This document shows, in pieces, positions 59,001 to 64,000 of a stretch of 64,000 bases of DNA. Every line of letters starts with the position of its first letter. Positions within the stretch are counted from its first letter, which is position 1. Location: positions 1,600,001 through 1,664,000 of the forward strand of contig CBDCTH010000012.1 of NCBI GenBank assembly GCA_965222155.1, read 5' to 3'. The stretch comes from Gammaproteobacteria bacterium. Lineage in GTDB: Bacteria > Pseudomonadota > Gammaproteobacteria > Eutrophobiales > Eutrophobiaceae. The notes under the pieces were generated by a model, which saw nothing but the letters and a program-made list of their open reading frames with translations, did no database searches and was not told the origin of the DNA. The translations under genes were made by a program, and so were the position numbers.

Positions 59001-60580
59001 CAGGACAGGACGACCAGACCGTCGCCGGCCACGGCGCTGAAGTCCAATGGCTCGGCCGGGGCCGAGGACGCGACAGGGGTGGCGGAAACGTCGGGCGAAT
59101 GCTGGCCGGCGCCGTGGCTGTTCACCGCCCTGACATGAAAGCTGTGCTCCACGCCGTTGTCGAGGCCGGTCACGCTGTGCGTCGTGGTTAAAGCGACGCT
59201 GACCGGTATGTTGACCCACCCCCCCCAAACGCCGTGGGTTACCCCCTGCCGGTACTGCCACCGGGTAATGGAGGGGTCGCCCGGGTTGTCCCACGACAAC
59301 CTGACCTCAGTATCGCCCGGCGTGGCGCTGACACCGGTGGGCTGAGCCGGCGCCAGGGCCGAGATCGGCGTGGCGAACACCCTCGCTGCCGTACTCTCGC
59401 CGTCTGCGTTCACCGCCCTGATCTCGAAGACATATATTCGATCGTTGGTCAGGCCGGTTATCGTGTACGATGAATTGGCGGCGTCGCCTGGCGGTATGGC
59501 TTGCCAACTTCCGAAAGACTGGCCGGCTTCGGCCCTCCGCATCTGCCACTCGGTAATGGTGGCGTCGCCCGGGTCGTCCCACGACAATAGAACCTGGGCG
59601 TCGCCCGGCGTGGCGCTGAAACCGGTGGGCTCGGCCGGCGCCGAGGGCGAGACCGGCGTAGCCCGCACGGTGTTCGACTTGGCGCCGAAGCCGTGGGCGT
59701 TCACCGCCCTGACCTGGAAGTAATAGGGCGTACCGTTGGGGAAGCCCGTAAGCCCGACGCCTGTCCAATCGTTGCCGGGTAAATCTATCCAGGCCTGCCA
59801 TGTGCTGCCGGCGCGATATCGGATCTGCCACTTGGTGATGGTGGCATCGCCCGGGTTGTCCCAGGACAGGGTAACTTCGCCGTCTCCGGGCGTCACTCGA
59901 AAACTCGTGGGCCGGGCCGGCGCCAAGGGCGAGTGCGGCCCCTGGAAGACTGTCGAATAGTTGCCGGGGCCGTGGGTGTTGAACGCCCGCACCCGGAAAG
60001 CATAATCCTTTGTATTGTCGAGGCCCCCTACCCTGTGGCTCGTGGTGGCGGCGCCGCTGGGCACGATATCGGTCCAACTTCCCCAAGCCTCACTCGATAC
60101 TCCCATGCGGAACTGCCACTTGGTGATGGTGGTATCGCCCGGGTTATCCCAGGACAGGGTAACTTCGCCGTCTCCGGGCGCCGCCCGCAAACCCGTGGGC
60201 CGGGCCGGCGCCCGGACCGAGATCGGCGTGGCGAAAACCATCGCTGCTGTACTCTCGCCGTCTACGTTCACCGCCCTGATCTCGAAGGCGTATCGTTGAC
60301 CGTTGGTCAGGCCCGTCACCGTGTACGATGAATTGGCGGCGTCGCTTGATGGTATGGTTTGCCAATTTTCCCAAACTCCACCGACTGCCGCCTTCCGGAC
60401 CTGCCATTCGGTAATGGAGGGGTCGCTCGGGTCTTGCCATGACAGGACAACCTCGGCGTCCCCGAGCGCCGCCTGTAAACCCGTGGGCTGGGCCGGAACG
60501 GCGGCATCCGCTATTCCCGGCGCCATCAGCAACCACGCGAAGAGAAGCGCAAGCGCCTGACCGCAAACCCGCGATCTCAT
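53015..60580 (-). CDS. Giant adhesin/autotransporter: 10 FN3 domains, 2 unnamed beta-rich repeats, 8 cadherin-like repeats and a C-terminal beta-barrel
   Basis: Signal peptide; repeated PARPTG..A.PGD.EV.LSW...GL.NG..Y.F.VRAVN; repeated NEAPT...I.ED...LSA.DPD...LDYET...ATD.GGLS; C-terminal W.GGDY..LSG, YPY.GW, GLRHDGGD and ELGYG barrel strands. Confidence 0.92.
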   Translation of the reverse strand: MRSRVCGQALALLFAWLLMAPGIADAAVPAQPTGLQAALGDAEVVLSWQDPSDPSITEWQVRKAAVGGVWENWQTIPSSDAANSSYTVTGLTNGQRYAFEIRAVNVDGESTAAMVFATPISVRAPARPTGLRAAPGDGEVTLSWDNPGDTTITKWQFRMGVSSEAWGSWTDIVPSGAATTSHRVGGLDNTKDYAFRVRAFNTHGPGNYSTVFQGPHSPLAPARPTSFRVTPGDGEVTLSWDNPGDATITKWQIRYRAGSTWQAWIDLPGNDWTGVGLTGFPNGTPYYFQVRAVNAHGFGAKSNTVRATPVSPSAPAEPTGFSATPGDAQVLLSWDDPGDATITEWQMRRAEAGQSFGSWQAIPPGDAANSSYTITGLTNDRIYVFEIRAVNADGESTAARVFATPISALAPAQPTGVSATPGDTEVRLSWDNPGDPSITRWQYRQGVTHGVWGGWVNIPVSVALTTTHSVTGLDNGVEHSFHVRAVNSHGAGQHSPDVSATPVASSAPAEPLDFSAVAGDGLVVLSWSAVNDPSITNWQYRRGTPTEQGTIQWENWADVPDSSYQTMTFRISGLQNGMEYIFRVRAVNIHGPGRPSIIVFTEPVSADAPARPTGLRAAPGDGEVTLSWDNPSDTSITKWQYRKGAVNGDWDNWVDIPNSVVASTTTYRVENLNNGVDYAFRVRAVNAHGNGDNSEVTGTPVQGSAPARPTGLRAQPGDGEVILSWDDLGDATITGWQVRKGKAGGEQESWVDIPNSDALTTTDTVENLENGAEYGFWVRAKNRYGPGAESDIVRATPVSVSAPAKPTGFSASASDAEVSLSWSDPSDGSIIKWQYRRSPYSGGAGWGPWVDMPGSAPSTTTYKVMNLVNGRAYVFQIRAVNGDGPGTESEEAAASLPYKAPEIIRFEATPLKDGKSTLSWTVSDNTDVLSLADGQGNVLIDPGGDGLPADNELEVETRAGAVYTLVAYNGDSLLESEPATVTIREPEPEPVVPPTPVGPPAAPAAPTLTPGNGQLEVSWKAPGSNGGSAITGYNVRYSADAGNSWTDHPFTGTGTSTTITSLDNGQPYQVQVQAVNAQGLSTWSASATATVGAPDIIRFEATPLKDGKSTLSWTVSKNTDVLSLRDNQDNVLIDPGDKLPAGSQLKVETRVGTVYTLIAANSESGLSSEPKTVTIRLTVKPPAPVTPPEPVNAAPTGVIVSWVPPATDGAMAEDVDTSAGPVKLANLSATDPDDSHHTFSVRGADIFEITGAALYLKQGVGLDYETQPRHGFTLTATDGGGLSVTGTEQTLAVTDANEAPTEVIIAWVPPVTDGAIAEDVDTNAGPVKLAELSAVDPDADDSHVFSLSDTTVFEITGAVLYLKQGVILDYETQPRHGFTLTATDGGGLSVTGTEQTLAVTDANEAPTEVIIAWVPPVTDGAIAEDVDTRAGPVKLANLSATDPDDSHHTFSVRGADIFEITGAALYLKQGVGLDYETQPRHGVTLTATDGGGLSVTGTEQTLAVTDANEAPTEVIIAWVPPVTDGAIAEDVDTNAGPVKLAELSAVDPDDSRHTFSVSDTALFEITGAVLYLKQGVILDYETQPRHGVTLTATDSGGLSVTGTEQTLAVTDANEAPTEVIVTWVPPVTDGAIAEDVDTSAGPVQLAELSAVDPDADDSHVFSLSDTTLFEITGTALYLKQGVILDYETQPRHGVTLTATDGGGLSVTGAAQTLAVTDANEAPTEVIVTWVPPATDGAITEDVDTSAGPVHLADLSAVDPDADDSHVFSLSDTTLFEITGAALYLKQGVGLDYETQSSYGFTLTATDSGGLSVTGTEQTLAVTDANEAPTEVIVTWVPPATDGAIAEDVDTSAGPVQLAELSAVDPDADDSHVFSLSGADIFEITGAALYLKQGVGLDYETQSSYGFTLTATDGGGLSVTGAAQTLAVTDANEAPTEVIVTWVAPVTDGAIAENLDTRAGPVQVATLSATDPDAGDQHRFTLEGEQAAVFEVAGHALSLRQGVVLDRETHPAYPFTVVASDTAGLSVSTKVVLAVSGETEAVARARLKRVNRAILPALSRALVAGTLDAVERRIDSADAAPGAATPAETLAGLLWGQAESLRAGRWAEVLGRSSFALRLDEGPAAGGLNTITLWGGGDYRRLSGGDDDRAGAADPMHWDGAVLSARLGLDARLRDDLLAGLALSWAKGEFDYTDRGAAGYRPIEGAHESRLLSVYPYVGWHPRAELGLWGALGYGVGEVRLRDAEAGRQAADSEQATAALGGRVRLFAGNSLVAGGATVLNLKGAWWGSRYEVEAAGLIEGLATDVWRLRLALEGSHAQRLAGGGTVTPSVALGLRHDGGDGVTGGGLEWGGGLVWFDPARGLRVEGYGRALLAHAGDIEEWGVGGLVVLTPGPDGRGLSFRVRPGWGVVDGLAAGQAGAGGVERLWEGAADVGGSGPGSPSRGVRWETELGYGLATGGGLLTPYGGLVVDGGGRRYRLGGVFELGRALTLSLESARRERMFESPDHGLMLRLRYGLGGAGI
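54490..57008 (-). repeat. Intragenic tandem array of 8 near-identical 315-318 bp cadherin-coding units
   Basis: GCCTCGTTGGCATCGG recurs at about 54783, 55100, 55418, 55737, 56052, 56367 and 56686. Confidence 0.95.
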
Positions 60581-60783
60581 TGGGGGGGGGGGGGGGGGGG
60601 GGTGAAAGAGGATTGACGCGGGAATCCGCGCAGCCGACGCGTCAGCGAGTCAGCACTGGCGCGGGTGGAGTTGGCCACTCCGAACCCTCCTCCGTAACAA
60701 AGGTCGCTACACGCCAAGCGACCGGTTATGTGCATTGCGATCCATCGGTTAATCATGGTTGCGAACGTTACCTGTTGCTTCAT
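60577..60783 (-). other. Out-of-frame leader ORF joined to the adhesin by a C21 tract (G21 on +, 60582-60602)
   Basis: The ORF ends FTPPPPPPQ* overlapping the adhesin ATG; the start-to-start distance is 203 nt. Confidence 0.55.
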
Positions 60784-60825
60784 ACCCTGTCAACCCCGGT
60801 TGTCCGGGTTCTGTTGTCCGGGTTC

Positions 60826-60980
60826 CAGGTGCTCCCGCTAAATCGAGGTCAATACAGAAGACGGGGGGGACAGATTTAAATCTGTCCCCCAGGAGTCACG
60901 GGGCCTGTTTCCCTGGGAGGGAGGGCGTCTCGCCCTCCACGAGGGCAGGATGCCCTCGAGCCCGGGAGTTAGCGGGAGCA
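60826..60980 (-). mobile_element. MITE family B, copy 3, fused to a family A remnant
   Basis: CAGGTGCTCCCGCTAAATC ... GAGTTAGCGGGAGCAC; perfect palindrome at 60865-60890. Confidence 0.85.
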
Positions 60981-61303
60981 CGTGCCCGCTGGCGGCACAA
61001 ATCCATCTGGAATGGATTTGGACACTCGAAGAGTGCCCGAAGGGGGCGCTCCAAAGCCTGCCCCCCTGCTTACAACCGCAGGGGGGCAGGCTCTGTATGG
61101 AGTTGAGCAGGGGGATGGAGCGCATCAAAAAGACAAGCGAGACAAATCGGCAGGATAGCCGATTTGCACGGCAACAGCCGCCCGCAGGGTTGCGTACATG
61201 GATGTGCGCAATGAACGCATCAAGCGCAGTATATAATAGCAACAAAGTGATATTATCCTGATACTCGTTGACAGCAAAGAGTTTTCCGCTAACGGCAAGC
61301 GAA
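60981..61303 (-). mobile_element. MITE family A, copy 5 (both TIRs lost)
   Basis: Reverse-complement match to the interiors of copies 2 and 4 and to the left sub-terminal sequence of copy 4 (TTGACAGCAA..TTTCCGCTAA..CAAGCGAA). Confidence 0.82.
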
Positions 61304-61563
61304 ACGAACGGATCGATCTGCTTGCCCTTGGCTGGCTCGGTGATGACAGCCGCCTCTCTCATTACCACCGGCGCCTCGATCACCACGACGCTGACTGGCA
61401 ACGATACTTCGAGCACGCCGGTAAGATGATCGACTCATATACCGACCATCGCTACGAGATCGGCCTTGCTGCCCACTGGTAGGCTGGGCTTGGTTGTTTG
61501 GAAGTCAGCCGCCGGGCTTTGTCGTAAGGTAAAACTTTCTATTCAAACGTTGCGCGCATTCTA

Positions 61564-61890
61564 ATGAGTATAAAAGAATCAGATTGGAAGAAATTCCGGA
61601 AATTGAGAGAAGTGACGCTGGACCGGCTGTGCCTGAAAATACTCGACGAAGTTCGGGAATTGTGTGACCAAGCCGGCCCTACCAACCATGAGAAGTATGG
61701 GGATATTTACCAGCATATCAGGCGGCGTGACAAGGACATCGTCCGGGCATTCGATGGCCCGAGCCGGTCTGTCGCGTGGTTACAACTGCTGGCGATGATT
61801 GATTTGGACCTTGTTACCGATGAGGAACTATCAGTCTTCAGCGAGGATTTACAGGCTACTATTGCAGAATTCCTTATTTTCCGGCAATAA
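61564..61890 (+). CDS. Hypothetical protein (IKESDWK-type)
   Basis: MSIKESDWKKF..LRE..LDR.C..IL...HE.Y..I...I..RDK.I...FD..SRS pattern, recalled as a widespread small-protein family; function unknown. Confidence 0.7.
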   Translation: MSIKESDWKKFRKLREVTLDRLCLKILDEVRELCDQAGPTNHEKYGDIYQHIRRRDKDIVRAFDGPSRSVAWLQLLAMIDLDLVTDEELSVFSEDLQATIAEFLIFRQ

Positions 61891-62069
61891 AGATGGCCGC
61901 GAGAAATACTGAGTTCAACAATCTCCATAAAAGCAGTAATTCAAAATTGCCTGGCGTTCCCAGGACGCCAAAAATACATATCGCCAAAAGGCTCACCGAC
62001 ATAATGGGTACAGCCCCCCATTTATCGGAAATAACCCCTGCAGGAGAACCGGCCAGACATTTCATTACA
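61880..62069 (-). pseudogene. Fragment of an MFS paralogue of 46199-47422
   Basis: MKCLAGSPAGVISDKWGAVPIMSVSLL; nucleotide-level similarity to about 47075-47265. Confidence 0.88.
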
Positions 62070-62151
62070 GGCTGGCATCATCCGGTAACAGGATTTATCA
62101 TGTGGCTATTCAGGCAAATATGCTGCAACAACCACGGCACAGGAGACTACT

Positions 62152-62658
62152 ATGGATTCAACAGAGTTAAAACAGTTACAGGCGCCATTAAAAGAAAAAT
62201 ACACCCACAATCCCGCTACGGCTGTCATTACGATGCGGGCAGAAAGCCATGTCAGCGAAGGGATAGCCTGTAAAGTTGAAACCGGAAGAAAACTTGCGGA
62301 AGCAGGCCTGCATCCTGCTGCCGGCGGCGACGGTTCGCAGTTATGCTCGGGAGATATGCTGCTTGAAGCATTGGTCGCCTGTGCCGGCGTGACTCTGAAA
62401 GCAGTCGCCACGGCAATGGGCATCAATTTAACCGGGGCAAGCGTTAGCGCTGAAGGAGACCTGGATTTTCGTGGTACCCTGGCAGTAAGTCGCGAGGCAA
62501 AGGTGGGTTTCAGGGATATTCGCCTGCAGTTTTCTTTACAATCCGATGCACAGGCTGATGTCCTGGACAAATTGGTTCAGTTAACTGAACGCTATTGTGT
62601 CGTATTACAAACCCTCAAAGACAGTCCTAATTTTTCTGTGACGGTCAGTATTACCTGA
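62152..62658 (+). CDS. OsmC-family protein
   Basis: GLHPAAGGDG...CSGDMLLEALVACAGVT, G.LDFRGTL and TERYCVV motifs; AGGAG RBS. Confidence 0.92.
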   Translation: MDSTELKQLQAPLKEKYTHNPATAVITMRAESHVSEGIACKVETGRKLAEAGLHPAAGGDGSQLCSGDMLLEALVACAGVTLKAVATAMGINLTGASVSAEGDLDFRGTLAVSREAKVGFRDIRLQFSLQSDAQADVLDKLVQLTERYCVVLQTLKDSPNFSVTVSIT

Positions 62659-62697
62659 TTACTGTTTATCAGTCTTGGTCGTTTGTTTTCCGGCTAC

Positions 62698-62855
62698 TGT
62701 GAGTCTCGCCCCTTAAAAGGCACAAACTGCGCCCCCATAGGTCTGCTCCGTACCCGGATTCATCTCGGTGACACGTTCCCCGGCGCCCTGCAACTCTTGG
62801 CGCAGGTCCCGAGAGAGCTTATGAATCGCCCCCTTGGTCGAGCCATAGAGTGCGG
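62698..62855 (-). pseudogene. Deleted remnant of an SDR paralogue of 47493-48257
   Basis: 62698-62751 matches 47506-47561 and 62753-62855 matches 47731-47833. Confidence 0.88.
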
Positions 62856-62894
62856 CCGGCAGCGGGTATGGTTTTGAGGAGACTGGTCAGACTC

Positions 62895-63998
62895 TCAAAA
62901 CCTTTCTTGTATCAAATGCAGAAGATTGGTGACCCGGATATTTTCCAAAAGCGAATACGTATTGTTGCCAGGGTAGACAATCGTGATCGCATCCAGCTCC
63001 AGGTTTTCCAGAGCAGAGTGCATGGAACGTGTGACTTTCGGCGTTGAGGTATACTTGAATTCAAACGCAGTTTTTTTATCGCCCTGCATGATCAAGAGAT
63101 CAAGTTCTGCATTGGCATAGGTACCCCAAAAAAAACATTCCGCCATTTCAGCCTGATAGATCTGTATCACTTGCTCTAACGCGAATCCTTCCCATGATGC
63201 GCCCAGCTTGGGGTGTCCCTGCACACTGGCCTGGTCAGGTAGATTAAGCAGTGCATGCATGATGCCCATGTCACGGAAATAGATCTTCGGAGATTTTACT
63301 TGCCGCTTGTGGATATTGGCATGCCAGGGCTGCAGTGTTCGGATTATAAACGTGCCGGCAAGGATATCCAGGTAACGTTTAATCGTCGGTGAGGTGACAT
63401 CCAGTGATCGGGCAAACTCGGACGCATTAAGTACATTGCCGTTCCAGTGGGCTAGCATCATCCAGAAGCGTCGCATGGTGTTGGCGGCAAAGTCGATACC
63501 CAGAGTCGGCAGATCACGCTCCAGGAACGCCGTAATGTAGGCCTTGCGCCAGGTCAGGCTATCGGTATTGGTTTTCGCCAGATACGCTGGCGGAAAACCG
63601 CCCCGCAGCCACAGTTGTTGCGGATTGTCCGCTTCAAAAACGGTAAAGGGAGGTAATTCCAGATAGATAATCCGGCCAGCCAGGGATTCAGAGGTCTGGC
63701 GCAACAGTTCGCGGGAAGCACTGCCCAGGATCAGGTACTGCTGTTTGCGCGATCGGCGATCAATCAATACCCGCAGTAGTGGAAACAATTCCGGCAAACG
63801 TTGCACTTCATCGATGACAATCAAACCTTCAAGCGGACCCAGGGCCAACCTGGGATCCGACAAGCGGTTCAGGTGTTCCGGATCTTCCAGGTCAAAATAG
63901 TGCACCTGTTTATCAGTAAGGGAATCGATATAGTCACGGGCCAATGTGGTCTTGCCACACTGACGCGGGCCCAGGATTCCGACCATGGGATGGCTCTG
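62895..63998 (-). CDS. AAA+ ATPase (AAA_14/DUF4143), 5' end beyond the window
   Basis: GPRQCGKTT, IDEVQ, ESLAGR, RGGFP, KSPKIYFRD.G and ELDL...FEFK motifs; the frame is open to the window edge. Confidence 0.92.
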   Translation of the reverse strand, partial: QSHPMVGILGPRQCGKTTLARDYIDSLTDKQVHYFDLEDPEHLNRLSDPRLALGPLEGLIVIDEVQRLPELFPLLRVLIDRRSRKQQYLILGSASRELLRQTSESLAGRIIYLELPPFTVFEADNPQQLWLRGGFPPAYLAKTNTDSLTWRKAYITAFLERDLPTLGIDFAANTMRRFWMMLAHWNGNVLNASEFARSLDVTSPTIKRYLDILAGTFIIRTLQPWHANIHKRQVKSPKIYFRDMGIMHALLNLPDQASVQGHPKLGASWEGFALEQVIQIYQAEMAECFFWGTYANAELDLLIMQGDKKTAFEFKYTSTPKVTRSMHSALENLELDAITIVYPGNNTYSLLENIRVTNLLHLIQERF

Positions 63999-64000
63999 AA

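Noticed and set aside
61520-61890. Integron cassette (TCAAACGTTGCGC before a cassette-like gene)
   Set aside because: The core does not fit GTTRRRY, and there is no matching RYYYAAC, no downstream attC and no integrase.

Overview
Gammaproteobacterial chromosome segment, judged from the hflX-hflK-hflC-yjeT-hisZ-purA block. It is possibly from a host-associated (e.g. sponge-symbiont-like) lineage; this is an inference from the FN3/cadherin autotransporter, the many toxin-antitoxin pairs and the pervasive gene decay. Intact content: the core genes above, five type II TA loci (one toxin frameshifted), two AAA+/DUF4143 ATPases, a xanthine-oxidase-family Mo-hydroxylase plus aldolase cluster, two paralogous NRAMP-like transporters, a stand-alone PrnB-family enzyme, an AphA/PadR regulon, and a 2521-aa adhesin preceded by a G21 tract. 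Short gene stubs lie between many intact genes. The most unusual signal is a nested non-coding repeat system. Family A elements are IS1380-like MITE shells with CCCG-type TIRs and CTAG/TTAA target duplications. Their interiors are built from 75-bp and 56-bp hairpin micro-modules that occur at different sites and orientations in different copies. Family B elements (CAG...CTG ends, about 9-bp TSD) carry a GGGGACAGATTTAAATCTGTCCCC palindrome that also marks gene-breakage points elsewhere. No rRNA, tRNA, CRISPR array or reverse transcriptase was seen. All calls come from reading the sequence and motifs; no database search was run.
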